A DNA stretch of 59,480 nucleotides. Source: Elusimicrobiota bacterium. GTDB lineage: Bacteria > Elusimicrobiota > Endomicrobiia > Endomicrobiales > JBDRNC01. The stretch covers positions 1 through 59,480 of the forward strand of contig JBDRNC010000011.1 in the NCBI GenBank assembly GCA_043811535.1, read 5' to 3'. The notes beneath the pieces were generated by a model. It was not told where the DNA came from and did not search any database. It saw only the letters and a list, made by a program, of their open reading frames with translations. Of the stretch, positions 9,144 through 18,650 are shown in pieces. Every line of letters starts with the position of its first letter. Positions within the stretch are counted from its first letter, which is position 1. The translations under genes and the position numbers were made by a program.

Positions 9144-10178
9144 ATGAAACAAAATCGTATAAACAATATCATCTCCGATCTTCCAGTTCCCGCTTACCTG
9201 GTTACCGACAAGCACGATCTCTTCTATCTGACCGGTGTTGAGCTTGACGGTTTCTGGCTTTTGCTGACGAAAAACGGTTTCACGGCATTTACGTCTCCGA
9301 TGTTCGCGGAACAGCTTAGCGAGCTGCTGCCCGGGGAAAACGTCATATCCGGAAAGATGCTGCTGAATCTGCTTGAGGCATACTGCGCGAAAAACAGAGT
9401 CAAAACCATAGGCGTTGACTATGAAAAGACAAACCTGTTTCTGGCAAAAGGGCTGGAAAAGATAGCGCCTCTTGAAGATACCCGGAACCTTGTCATGAGA
9501 TACAGGCAGATAAAGGGAAGGGAAGAGATAGAATTGGTTAAACGATCCTGCAAGATAGCTGTTTCGGCGCTCAAGTTTGCCAGGAAGTTCATCAAGCCGG
9601 GCATGTCCGAGATTGAAATGATGTTCAAAATTGAGGAATATTTTGCAAAGAGGCATGCCAAACCGGCTTTTCCGACAATCGTTGCTTCCGGTCCCAACAG
9701 CGCCAACCCCCACCACATCAGTTCTGCAAGAAAAATCAAAAGGAATGATGTTGTGCTTGTGGACCTGGGATGCGTTAAAAACGGCTATTGTTCCGACTTG
9801 ACAAGGACATTTATTTTAGGTAAAATCAGAAACCCGTTCAAAGAAATAAAAGCCCTGGTCAGGGAAGCCCGCGACCAGGCCGTAAAGCGGGTCAAAGACG
9901 GCGCGCTGGCCTCCGATATCGACTCTACCGCAAGGAAAATCATATCTGACGGCGGATACGCCGATTATTTTATTCACACCACCGGACACGGTCTCGGGAT
10001 TGAAGTGCACGAGCCGCCGCGGCTCAGCGCTGCGGATGCCACTGTGCTCAGAACCGGCATGTTCGTGACGGTGGAGCCGGGTATTTATTTACCCGGAAAA
10101 TTCGGAGTAAGGCACGAAGACCTGCTTCTGGTGAAAGAGAAAGGCAACGAGGTAATGACAGATGATTTCAACGGCTGA
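9144..10178 (+). CDS. Xaa-Pro aminopeptidase (M24 family)
   Basis: D.G...GYCSDLTRT, HTTGHGLGIEVHE, EPGIY and GVRHED motifs; usual position next to efp. Confidence 0.93.
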   Translation: MKQNRINNIISDLPVPAYLVTDKHDLFYLTGVELDGFWLLLTKNGFTAFTSPMFAEQLSELLPGENVISGKMLLNLLEAYCAKNRVKTIGVDYEKTNLFLAKGLEKIAPLEDTRNLVMRYRQIKGREEIELVKRSCKIAVSALKFARKFIKPGMSEIEMMFKIEEYFAKRHAKPAFPTIVASGPNSANPHHISSARKIKRNDVVLVDLGCVKNGYCSDLTRTFILGKIRNPFKEIKALVREARDQAVKRVKDGALASDIDSTARKIISDGGYADYFIHTTGHGLGIEVHEPPRLSAADATVLRTGMFVTVEPGIYLPGKFGVRHEDLLLVKEKGNEVMTDDFNG

Positions 10179-10722
10179 TTTCAAGAACGGAGTCAACATA
10201 TTTGTTGATGGAGAACCCTACCAGATAATCTGGTTCCAGAACCACAAGCCCGGAAAAGGCGGCGCTGTGATGCGCACGAAGCTGCGCCACCTCAAAAAAG
10301 GCAGCATAGTGGACAAAACCTTTAAATCCGGCGAAAAATTCGATACGGTTGACACGGAAAGACGCAAGAAGCAGTATCTTTACAAGGAAGGCGAAGAGTA
10401 CGTCTTCATGGACATGGAAACATACGACCAGGTCCATGTTTCAAAAGAGCTTCTCGGAGAGGGCTATAAATATCTTACTGAAAACCTGGAAGTCAGCGCG
10501 ATGTATATGGAAGGCCAGCTTGCCGGCGTTGAATTGCCGATTTCAGTGGTAGTGACGATAACCGAGACGGAGCCCGGCTCAAGGGGCAACACCGTTCAAA
10601 ATGTCATGAAGCTGGCGAAGGTCAACACAGGCGCTGAGGTTCAAGTGCCGCTTTTTTGCAAGGAAGGCGATAAGATAAGGGTTGATACGCGCACCGGCGA
10701 ATATGTGGAAAGAGCAGTTTAG
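10162..10722 (+). CDS. efp: Elongation factor P
   Basis: HKPGKGGA, VPLF and DTRTGEYVER motifs. Confidence 0.97.
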   Translation: MISTADFKNGVNIFVDGEPYQIIWFQNHKPGKGGAVMRTKLRHLKKGSIVDKTFKSGEKFDTVDTERRKKQYLYKEGEEYVFMDMETYDQVHVSKELLGEGYKYLTENLEVSAMYMEGQLAGVELPISVVVTITETEPGSRGNTVQNVMKLAKVNTGAEVQVPLFCKEGDKIRVDTRTGEYVERAV

Positions 10723-10734
10723 ATAGAAGGGTCA

Positions 10735-10866
10735 GGGATTTATGAAAGGCTTTAGGTGATGAATCCCGTTAGACCTATGGTGCAATAAGAAAACTGAAAT
10801 AACTCGTATCATATAATTCGATTATTTGAAGATTAGATGTTAATAGCAGGGAGGTCTAACGGGATG
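10735..10866 (+). promoter_or_regulatory. Putative uORF (MKGFR, 10742-10759) plus anti-SD element upstream of accB
   Basis: atcccgttagacct (10763-10776) is the exact reverse complement of aggtctaacgggat (10852-10865), which covers the accB SD and ATG; homologous element at 27678-27828. Confidence 0.6.
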
Positions 10867-11310
10867 AATTACGACGAACTTAAAGAATTCCTGGAAGCCG
10901 TAAAAGGCACCGACATTGAAGAGCTTAATGTCGAGTCCGGTGAGAGCAAGGTTTTTTTCCGCAGGAATGACGTTCCTGTTATCAAGGCAAAACCCGCGGC
11001 GGCCGGCAACGGCGCGGACGCGGCGAACGGCGACGCGTCTAAGGAAAAGAGGCTTATTCCGATAAAATCAACCATGGTCGGCACGTATTTCCACGCCGAT
11101 TCTCCGGACAGGCCCCCTTTCGTGATTGTAGGAAACCACGTCGTGCCAGGTCAGAAAGTAGGCATCATTGAGGCGATGAAGATAATGAAGGAAATGACCT
11201 CTAACGTAAAAGGCAGGATAGTCAAGGTTCTGATAGATAACGGACACCCGGTTGAATACGGACAAGAACTTTTTCTTGTCGACACTGAAACCGAGAACGG
11301 GAGCAGATAA
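10864..11310 (+). CDS. accB: Biotin carboxyl carrier protein
   Basis: EAMK biotinylation motif and VEYGQ; GGAGG SD before ATG 10864. Confidence 0.95.
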   Translation: MNYDELKEFLEAVKGTDIEELNVESGESKVFFRRNDVPVIKAKPAAAGNGADAANGDASKEKRLIPIKSTMVGTYFHADSPDRPPFVIVGNHVVPGQKVGIIEAMKIMKEMTSNVKGRIVKVLIDNGHPVEYGQELFLVDTETENGSR

Positions 11311-12663
11311 ATGTTCAAAAAAATTCTTATAGCAAACCGCGGAGAGATTGCCTGCAGGGTAATACGCGCCGCGCGGGAACTGGGGATAAGGACGGCCGCC
11401 ATCCATTCCGAAGTCGACAGGGACTGCCTTCATGTCAAAATGGCCGATGAATCCGTCTGCATAGGTCCCGGCCCCGTGACGGAAAGCTACCTTAACATCC
11501 CGAGCATAATCTCGGCTGCGGAGATCACCGGAGCGGACGCTATCCATCCCGGATACGGCTTCCTCGCCGAGAACACCTATTTCGCGGATGTCTGCGAATC
11601 GTGCGGAATACATTTTATCGGCCCCAAAAAGGAATCAATAGAGAAGATGGGAGACAAGATAGCGGCGCGGCGCCTTATGGAAAAAGCGGGCGTTCCCGTA
11701 GTGCCAGGAACCGACGGGCCTGTTTCGGCCGACGATCCCAACCTGACCAAGATCGCGAAAAAAATAGGATATCCGTTAATAGTCAAGGCGTCCGCGGGCG
11801 GCGGCGGGAAAGGCATGAGGATAGTCGCGTCGGAAGAAGCTCTCAAAAACGCCGTCGCGATGGCGTCGCACGAGGCGAAGTCCGCTTTCGGGAATGAAGC
11901 GGTCTACATGGAAAAATATATTGAAGAGCCACGCCACATAGAATTTCAGATACTGGGCGACGTGAAAGGGAAAGTGGTATGGCTGCCGGAGCGCGATTGT
12001 TCCATACAGCGCAGGCACCAGAAGCTCGTTGAAGAAAGCCCGTCGCCTTTCCTGAGCGGGCATGTCCGCCGGCTTATGGGAAGGGCCGCCAGACACGCGG
12101 CGGAAGCCGTTGATTATGTCACGGTCGGTACGGTTGAGTTCCTTGTGGACAAGCACGAGCACTTTTATTTCATGGAGATGAATACAAGGATTCAGGTTGA
12201 GCACCCGGTGACGGAAATGATAACGGGTATTGATCTGGTCAAGGAACAGATACGGCTTGCCGCGGGCGAGAGGATCAATTTTGAATCTAAGGAAATAGAG
12301 ATACTCGGGCACGCGATCGAGTGCCGCATCAACGCCGAAGACCCGGATAGGGATTTCATGCCGTGCCCCGGAAAAGTCCTGCAGTACATAGCGCCGGGAG
12401 GGCCCGGTATACGCGTTGAATCGCACCTTTACGCGGGATACAGCATTCCGTCGTTCTACGACAGCCTGCTCGCGAAGATAATAGCACAGGGCAAGGACCG
12501 CAACGAAGCGATAGCCAGGATGAGCCGCGCCTTAAAAGAACTGACGATAGACGGGATAAAGACGACGGCGCCTCTGCATGCCAAGATCATGGCAAACGAT
12601 AATTACCGCGCAGGCAACGTCTACACGAATTTCCTGCCGAAGTATATATTCGGAAATGACTAA
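11311..12663 (+). CDS. accC: Biotin carboxylase
   Basis: ANRGEIA, HPGYGFLAEN, GGGGKGM, RDCSIQRRHQK and EMNTRIQVEH motifs. Confidence 0.98.
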   Translation: MFKKILIANRGEIACRVIRAARELGIRTAAIHSEVDRDCLHVKMADESVCIGPGPVTESYLNIPSIISAAEITGADAIHPGYGFLAENTYFADVCESCGIHFIGPKKESIEKMGDKIAARRLMEKAGVPVVPGTDGPVSADDPNLTKIAKKIGYPLIVKASAGGGGKGMRIVASEEALKNAVAMASHEAKSAFGNEAVYMEKYIEEPRHIEFQILGDVKGKVVWLPERDCSIQRRHQKLVEESPSPFLSGHVRRLMGRAARHAAEAVDYVTVGTVEFLVDKHEHFYFMEMNTRIQVEHPVTEMITGIDLVKEQIRLAAGERINFESKEIEILGHAIECRINAEDPDRDFMPCPGKVLQYIAPGGPGIRVESHLYAGYSIPSFYDSLLAKIIAQGKDRNEAIARMSRALKELTIDGIKTTAPLHAKIMANDNYRAGNVYTNFLPKYIFGND

Positions 12664-12664
12664 A

Positions 12665-12755
12665 TAGACAGGTAGAAGATAAAAGGTAGATGGTAGACGG
12701 ATTGAATTAAACGGAATCATTTATATCCTTCCACTTTCTTACATCTACCGTCTAA
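12665..12755. repeat. Degenerate palindromic heptamer element (GGTAGAN arm / TCTACC arm)
   Basis: ggtagaa gataaaa ggtagat ggtagac ... atctacc gtcta. Confidence 0.7.
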
Positions 12756-12767
12756 CGAGGTTTTGAA

Positions 12768-13340
12768 ATGAAAGAAATTATCGAGAAACTGATTCAGGAC
12801 AGCATCGACGCAAAAAAAAACCTTTTAAATTCCAATCACGTCGAAGTTCTTGAGCAGATGGCAAAAAAGATCCTGGCGGCGTACGCCGTGGGAAAAAAAG
12901 TGCTTGTCTGCGGGAACGGCGGCTCGGCTTCCGACGCGCAGCATTTTGTAGGAGAACTTGTCTGCAGGTTCCAGGTAAACAGGAAACCGCTTGCGGCGGT
13001 CGCGCTTAATTCGAATGTCGCGTCAATGACGGCGATCGCCAATGATTTCAGTTTTGAGGATGTATTTGCCAGGCAGGTTGAAGCTCTCGCCCAGCACGGC
13101 GACGTTGTGATAGGTATTTCTACAAGCGGGAAATCGCCAAATGTCCTGAAAGCTGTCGCCGAAGCAAAAAAACACGGCGCGGTAACATTGGCTTTATGCG
13201 GAAATGCCGGGGAACTGAAAGACATGGTGGACCTGGCTTTCTGCGCGCCTTCAAAAGTCACGGCGCGCATACAGGAATGCCATATACTCGCCATACATAT
13301 TTTGTGCCATCTGATAGAGGAGCGTTTAGTTGCAAAATAG
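12768..13340 (+). CDS. gmhA: D-sedoheptulose-7-phosphate isomerase
   Basis: CGNGGSASDAQH, STSGKS and RIQECH motifs. Confidence 0.96.
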   Translation: MKEIIEKLIQDSIDAKKNLLNSNHVEVLEQMAKKILAAYAVGKKVLVCGNGGSASDAQHFVGELVCRFQVNRKPLAAVALNSNVASMTAIANDFSFEDVFARQVEALAQHGDVVIGISTSGKSPNVLKAVAEAKKHGAVTLALCGNAGELKDMVDLAFCAPSKVTARIQECHILAIHILCHLIEERLVAK

Positions 13341-13812
13341 TTTACGCCGCAGCAAGATCCAGCCCAGGGAAAACCTCCGCGGGATTTTAGGCCGGCTGAA
13401 AAAACAAAAGAAGAGAATAGTGTTTACTAACGGGTGCTTTGACCTTCTTCATCCGGGGCACGTTAGGGCGTTTGAGAAGGCGAAATCGCTCGGGGATATA
13501 CTTGTTGTCGCGCTAAATTCAGACGCTTCTTTGAAAAGACTGAAAGGGCCGAAACGCCCGCTTGTCCCGCAGAACGCCAGGGCGCAGGTGCTCGCGGCGC
13601 TGGAAACCGTTGATTACGTCACATTCTTCGGCGAGAACACGCCTGCGGAGTTAATCTCGGAATTAAGGCCGGATGTGCTTGTGAAAGGCGGCGATTATAA
13701 GCTCAACGAGATAGCCGGCAGGGAATACGTTAAAAAAGTCGTGCGCGTGCCGCTTGTTAAGGGATATTCAACAAGCGCGCTGATAAAGAAGATAGTCGAG
13801 AGATATAAATGA
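13330..13812 (+). CDS. rfaE2: D-glycero-beta-D-manno-heptose 1-phosphate adenylyltransferase
   Basis: FTNGCFDLLHPGH, NSD.S..RLKG..RP and VKGGDY motifs. Confidence 0.94.
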   Translation: MQNSLRRSKIQPRENLRGILGRLKKQKKRIVFTNGCFDLLHPGHVRAFEKAKSLGDILVVALNSDASLKRLKGPKRPLVPQNARAQVLAALETVDYVTFFGENTPAELISELRPDVLVKGGDYKLNEIAGREYVKKVVRVPLVKGYSTSALIKKIVERYK

Positions 13813-13883
13813 TTACAAATTACACATTACAAATTAACGACTGTAAGTTTTTAATCTGTAATATGTAATCTGTAATTTGTAAT
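13810..13883. repeat. ATTACA-family palindromic heptamer element
   Basis: TGAttaca aattaca cattaca aatt / aatctgt aatatgt aatctgt aatttgt aat. Confidence 0.92.
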
Positions 13884-13885
13884 AA

Positions 13886-14290
13886 ATGATGAATAAGAAG
13901 TATTTTCGCTTATTTGATGCCAACTTAAACCGGTGCCGCGAAGGGTTGCGCGTCATTGAAGATACCTCAAGATTCGTTCTTTGCATGAATGGAGTTTACA
14001 AAAGAGTCAGGATCCTGCGGCATGCCCTGGATAAACTGACGCGCGGTATCTGTCCGGAACTTCTTCGGTACAGGGATTCTGCTGCCGATGCCGGCAGAAA
14101 AATTAGGGAAGGCGGCAGAAAAGATCTCCGGTCCGTCCTTGCGGCAAATTTCAGGCGCGTTGAAGAGTCCCTGAGAGTGCTGGAAGAATACGGCAAGCTG
14201 GTTTCCGCTTCTGCGGGCGCGAAATTCAAGAAAATAAGGTTTGAAGTATATACGTTAGAGAAGAAAATACTAAGAAAGGATATAAAATAG
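13886..14290 (+). CDS. ThiD2-type protein (stand-alone form of the ThiE N-terminal helical domain)
   Basis: DANLNRCREGLRVIED and ANFRRVEESLRVLEE repeats; adjacent to thiE. Confidence 0.85.
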   Translation: MMNKKYFRLFDANLNRCREGLRVIEDTSRFVLCMNGVYKRVRILRHALDKLTRGICPELLRYRDSAADAGRKIREGGRKDLRSVLAANFRRVEESLRVLEEYGKLVSASAGAKFKKIRFEVYTLEKKILRKDIK

Positions 14291-14310
14291 AGGGCGGCAG
14301 ACTATAGGAA

Positions 14311-14343
14311 AATCCCCCTCTATCCCCCTTTAAAAAGGGGGAG
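14311..14343. repeat. REP-like short palindrome
   Basis: tccccctctatcccccttt-aa-aaaggggga; right arm doubles as the thiE SD. Confidence 0.55.
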
Positions 14344-14354
14344 GATATCGGAAT

Positions 14355-14999
14355 ATGTTTAAAGCGAAATTGTACTGTATCACGTGCGAAACGAAGGAAT
14401 TAAACTACGACGAACAGGTTGAAAAGGCGTGCGAAGGCGGAGCGGACGCCGTCCTATTCAAGCCGAGAAACCTTACGGCGAAGGAAATACTGTTTTTCGG
14501 CCAGAGAATAAAGGATATCTGCGCGGAGAGGAAAGCTCTTTTCATTCTAAACGACAGGCCTGATCTGGCTCTCGCGCTCAACTGCGACGGAGTGCATCTC
14601 GGTCAGAATGATATCCCTATTGAATGGGCAAGGCAGGTGCTCGGGGGGATTAAGGTAGTAGGGCGCACCGCTTCTTCCCTGGGGCAAGCGACATCCGCCG
14701 CAAAAGAAAGCGCCGATTACATAATGCTCGGGCCGATTTATTCGGCGCCGGAATACTCCAAGAAAGAAACCGTGAATATAGACCTTATCAGGATGGTCAA
14801 GGACAGGGTGAAAATACCTGTCATGGCTTTCGGCGGGATCGGGATGGACAACGCGCGCGAGATATTAGACGCCGGAGCGGACGGCATAGCCGTATCAAGG
14901 GCCGTGTGCGGAGCGAAAGACGCGCGCGAAGCCGCGGCCGCGCTGAAAGCGAAGATATCCGGCGCCCGGACGGCAGGCACGAAGTACACGAAGGTATGA
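14355..14999 (+). CDS. thiE: Thiamine-phosphate synthase
   Basis: LNDR.DLA, DGVHLGQND and A.GGI motifs. Confidence 0.9.
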   Translation: MFKAKLYCITCETKELNYDEQVEKACEGGADAVLFKPRNLTAKEILFFGQRIKDICAERKALFILNDRPDLALALNCDGVHLGQNDIPIEWARQVLGGIKVVGRTASSLGQATSAAKESADYIMLGPIYSAPEYSKKETVNIDLIRMVKDRVKIPVMAFGGIGMDNAREILDAGADGIAVSRAVCGAKDAREAAAALKAKISGARTAGTKYTKV

Positions 15000-15017
15000 A
15001 ATACCAGTGAGTATAAG

Positions 15018-16271
15018 ATGACATTGATTGAATCCGCAAGAAAAATGATCGCCAGCGACAGCGTCAGGACCGTCGCGGCCAAGGAAAAAGTCAGCGAGGA
15101 GCTGATACTTTCAGGGCTTGCCGGCGGCGCGATCGTGATTCCGAAAAACATAAACCGCTCTTTGAAGAATGTATCCGGCATCGGGAAAGGCCTCAAGACG
15201 AAGGTAAACGCCAATATCGGCACGTCGCCCGATCATTTTTCCGTTGAAGAGGAAATTGAAAAGCTCGAATACGCGCTTAAGGCCGGCACGGACGCAGTAA
15301 TGGACCTTTCCACCGGCGGGGACCTGAAGGCCGTCAGAAAAGCGATACTCGGAAATTGCCCGGTCCCGCTCGGCACGGTTCCCATCTATCAGGTCGTCTG
15401 TGAAACGGGCGATATAAGGAAAATAGAGGCCGAAAGGATATTCGGCGTTATAGAAGAACAGGCCGCAGAAGGCGTGGATTTCATGACGGTGCACTGCGGC
15501 GTCAATAAAGAGACCGTAGGAGTCCTGAACAGACAGGGAAGGGTTGTGGGTGTTGTCAGCCGCGGCGGTTCTATCCTCGCGAAATGGATTACGGCAAATA
15601 ACAAGGAAAACCCGCTTTTTGAGCAGTTCGACAGACTGCTTGAGATAGCGAGAAAATATGAAGTGACTTTAAGCCTAGGAGATGGTTTGAGGCCGGGGTG
15701 CCTTGCGGACGCTTCAGACGGCGCTCAGATAGCGGAGCTTTCCGTTCTTGGCGAACTTGTGCTGAGGGCGCGTAAGGCGGGCGTGCAGGCGATGGTTGAG
15801 GGGCCCGGGCACATGCCGCTTGACCAAATACAGCCGCACCTGAATCTCGCGAAAAGGCTTATTCATGGAGCTCCGTTCTACCTGCTCGGGCCGCTTGTGA
15901 CGGATGTAGCGGCCGGCTATGACCACATAACGTCAGCCATTGGCGGAGCCATAGCTGCTTCCGCGGGAGCCGATTTCCTTTGCTACGTCACTCCCGCCGA
16001 GCATCTGCGGCTACCGGATAAGGATGACGTGTATCTCGGCGTTATCTCCAGCCGCATAGCCGGGCACGCCGCGGACGTGGTCAAGAACGTTCCCGGCGCC
16101 AAAGAATGGGATAAAGAATTTTCAAAATGCAGGAAGGCCCTGGACTGGGCAAGCCAGCAAAAACTAGCGCTAGATCCAGAAAAGTTCAAGGCGGAACGCG
16201 ATAAACTGCCGCCGAAAGAACCGGACGTGTGCACAATGTGCGGCAAGTTCTGCGCGATGAAAGATAAATAA
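15018..16271 (+). CDS. thiC: Phosphomethylpyrimidine synthase
   Basis: KVNANIGTS, MDLSTGG, GDGLRPG, EGPGH and CTMCGKFC motifs. Confidence 0.97.
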   Translation: MTLIESARKMIASDSVRTVAAKEKVSEELILSGLAGGAIVIPKNINRSLKNVSGIGKGLKTKVNANIGTSPDHFSVEEEIEKLEYALKAGTDAVMDLSTGGDLKAVRKAILGNCPVPLGTVPIYQVVCETGDIRKIEAERIFGVIEEQAAEGVDFMTVHCGVNKETVGVLNRQGRVVGVVSRGGSILAKWITANNKENPLFEQFDRLLEIARKYEVTLSLGDGLRPGCLADASDGAQIAELSVLGELVLRARKAGVQAMVEGPGHMPLDQIQPHLNLAKRLIHGAPFYLLGPLVTDVAAGYDHITSAIGGAIAASAGADFLCYVTPAEHLRLPDKDDVYLGVISSRIAGHAADVVKNVPGAKEWDKEFSKCRKALDWASQQKLALDPEKFKAERDKLPPKEPDVCTMCGKFCAMKDK

Positions 16272-16312
16272 TCTGCGTAATCGTTGTTACTAAATCTGTG
16301 AAATCTTCGTCT

Positions 16313-17227
16313 ATGAAAAAATTTAAGATTAAAGTACCCGCTACCACCTCCAATCTGGGCCCTGGTTTTGACGTAATAGGGGCGGCGCTGAAGTTTTACA
16401 ACGATATCGAAGTGAAAGTGGGCAAGTCCAGCGGAAAGGACGTTCCGGAGATCAAGATAGTCGGCGAGGGCGCGGGCACTTTACCCACCGGCAAGACAAA
16501 TATCGTATGGCAGTCGATAAAAAAAGTCCTTGATTCCAAAAAGAAAAGTATCGATCCGGGTACTTTGCGCATAAAACTTGTGAACCGCATCCCGCTGGCT
16601 TCAGGAATGGGTTCAAGCGCTGCGGCCAGGCTCGGCGGGATTCTCGCGGGCTACAAACTCGCGGGCATCAGGCCTTCAAGGGAAGATGTTATGGCGATGG
16701 GCATCCGTCTTGAAGGGCATCCGGACAATCTGGTTCCGGCTTTCCAGGGCGGCATGTGCGTGTGCGCCAAGACGAGCGAGGGTTTGAAATATCTCAAACT
16801 CCCGGTCCCGAGGCTTAAGGCGGTCATCTGTCATCCGGATTTTGAGCTTGCGACGGACAAATCGCGCATGATAATTCCCAGGACTCTTCCGCTTGAATCG
16901 GCGGTATTCAATTTGTCGCGCCTCGCGTTGTTTATATCGGCGGGGCTCACCGGCCGGTATGAATATCTGAAATACGGCATGGAGGACAGGCTCCACCAGC
17001 CATCCAGGTCCGGTCTTGTTCCCGGCATGCATAAAGTTTTCGCTTCGGCGCTCAGGGCGGGCGCGTACGGCGTTTCGCTTTCCGGCGCGGGCCCTTCGAT
17101 AATCGCGCTGGGCAAAGCGTCAAAGGCGAAACACATCGCTAAAAACATGATAAGAAAATGGAAGCAGTTCGACATCGCCAGCAAGTGCTTCATCCTGAGT
17201 TTTGAGAAAGAGTCCTTGAAAATATAG
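16313..17227 (+). CDS. thrB: Homoserine kinase
   Basis: VPATTSNLGPGFD, GMGSSAA, EGHPDN and SGAGPS motifs. Confidence 0.95.
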   Translation: MKKFKIKVPATTSNLGPGFDVIGAALKFYNDIEVKVGKSSGKDVPEIKIVGEGAGTLPTGKTNIVWQSIKKVLDSKKKSIDPGTLRIKLVNRIPLASGMGSSAAARLGGILAGYKLAGIRPSREDVMAMGIRLEGHPDNLVPAFQGGMCVCAKTSEGLKYLKLPVPRLKAVICHPDFELATDKSRMIIPRTLPLESAVFNLSRLALFISAGLTGRYEYLKYGMEDRLHQPSRSGLVPGMHKVFASALRAGAYGVSLSGAGPSIIALGKASKAKHIAKNMIRKWKQFDIASKCFILSFEKESLKI

Positions 17228-17237
17228 GCAAAGACGG

Positions 17238-17261
17238 GTAAATAGCTAAATGGCTAAATTG
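17238..17261 (+). repeat. Short tandem array (GCTAAAT-like, about 8-nt period)
   Basis: ggtaaata gctaaatg gctaaatt. Confidence 0.55.
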
Positions 17262-17295
17262 TTGAACAACGATATAGCCAACAGAGAGGGGTAAA

Positions 17296-18549
17296 ATGGC
17301 GTTGGTTGTGATGAAATTCGGCGGGTCGTCAGTATCGGACGCCGAAAAAATTAAAAGTGTCGCGGGCCGGGTTATCAAGAAAAAAAAGGAAGGCAACAAG
17401 GTTGTCGTTGTTGTGTCGGCGCCGGGCGACATGACAGACGATCTTATAACGCTTGCTCAAGGCGTCACTGAAAGCCCCGATGACCGCGAGATGGACATGC
17501 TGCTGGCCACGGGCGAACAAGTTTCGATAGCGCTGCTTTCAATGGCTATCAAAAATATGGGAGAGGATTCAATTTCCCTTACGGGCCCGCAGGCCGGGAT
17601 CTACGCGGACACGACATACACTAAAGCGCGCATTACCAAAATAGTCCCGACGAAGGTGAGAAAAGAACTGGCGAAAAATAAGATCGTGATAGTGGCCGGT
17701 TTTCAGGGAATTAACCCGCACGATGACATCACGACGCTCGGAAGAGGCGGTTCCGACCTTACGGCCGTAGCGCTTGCCGCCGCGCTCGGGGCCAATGTTT
17801 GCGAAATATATACCGATGTTGAAGGCGTTTACACGACCGACCCGCGCGTCGCGTCCGAAGCGAAGAAAATAGAACGGATATCGTACGAGGAAATGCTGGA
17901 GATGGCCGGAACCGGCGCACAGGTCATGCAGGCAAGAAGCATAGAGGTAGGGAAGAAATTCAAAGTTGAGATACACGTGCGCTCTACTTTCAGCGAGAAT
18001 CAGGGAACCATGATCACAAGTGAAGATAAAATCAAGACTAGGAGGAAATCGATGGAAGACGTCGCTGTCACTGCGGTAACTTTCGATAAGAATCAGGTAA
18101 AACTTTCAATAGTGGACGTGCGGGACCGCCCCGGCATCGCCGCCAAGGTTTTCGGTGAGCTTGCCAAACTCGGAGTAAACGTCGATATGATAATCCAGTC
18201 GGCGGCGAGGGAAAAATACAACGATATTTCGTTTACGGTTGCCCGCGCGGACCTGAAAAAAGCGCTCGTGTGCCTTGAAAAGGAAAAGATAGAGCTCAGG
18301 GCGAAGGACATACTGGTTGACGACAAGGTCGCCAAGGTATCGATAATAGGCGTGGGCATGCGCAGTCATCCCGGAATAGCCGCGAAGATGTTCAACGTTA
18401 TGGCCGAGAGCGGCATAAACATAGAAATGATATCGACCAGTGAGATAAAAATTTCCTGCATCATCAAGGATACTGAAGTGAATAAAGCGGTCAACGAGCT
18501 CCATAGCGCGTTCGGGCTGGGAAAAACGAAAAAGAAAATTAAAAGATAG
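17296..18549 (+). CDS. lysC: Aspartate kinase
   Basis: KFGGSSV, TTLGRGGSD, two ACT domains and ISTSEIKIS. Confidence 0.97.
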   Translation: MALVVMKFGGSSVSDAEKIKSVAGRVIKKKKEGNKVVVVVSAPGDMTDDLITLAQGVTESPDDREMDMLLATGEQVSIALLSMAIKNMGEDSISLTGPQAGIYADTTYTKARITKIVPTKVRKELAKNKIVIVAGFQGINPHDDITTLGRGGSDLTAVALAAALGANVCEIYTDVEGVYTTDPRVASEAKKIERISYEEMLEMAGTGAQVMQARSIEVGKKFKVEIHVRSTFSENQGTMITSEDKIKTRRKSMEDVAVTAVTFDKNQVKLSIVDVRDRPGIAAKVFGELAKLGVNVDMIIQSAAREKYNDISFTVARADLKKALVCLEKEKIELRAKDILVDDKVAKVSIIGVGMRSHPGIAAKMFNVMAESGINIEMISTSEIKISCIIKDTEVNKAVNELHSAFGLGKTKKKIKR

Positions 18550-18550
18550 C

Positions 18551-18610
18551 AAGATTGAAAGATTTAAAGATTAGGAATCTTTGTAATCTTTACAATCTTT
18601 GAATATTGAA
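18551..18610. repeat. Palindromic 8-9-nt array (AAGATT arm / AATCTT arm)
   Basis: aagattga aagattta aagattag / aatctttgt aatctttac aatctttg. Confidence 0.75.
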
Positions 18611-18650
18611 ATAAATTATTGCCTCAATAATACTAAGGGGGGAGAGAGTT

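Noticed and set aside
14290..15018. TPP riboswitch near thiE/thiC
   Set aside because: No CTGAGA-type TPP core seen; the intergenic spaces are short or filled with repeats
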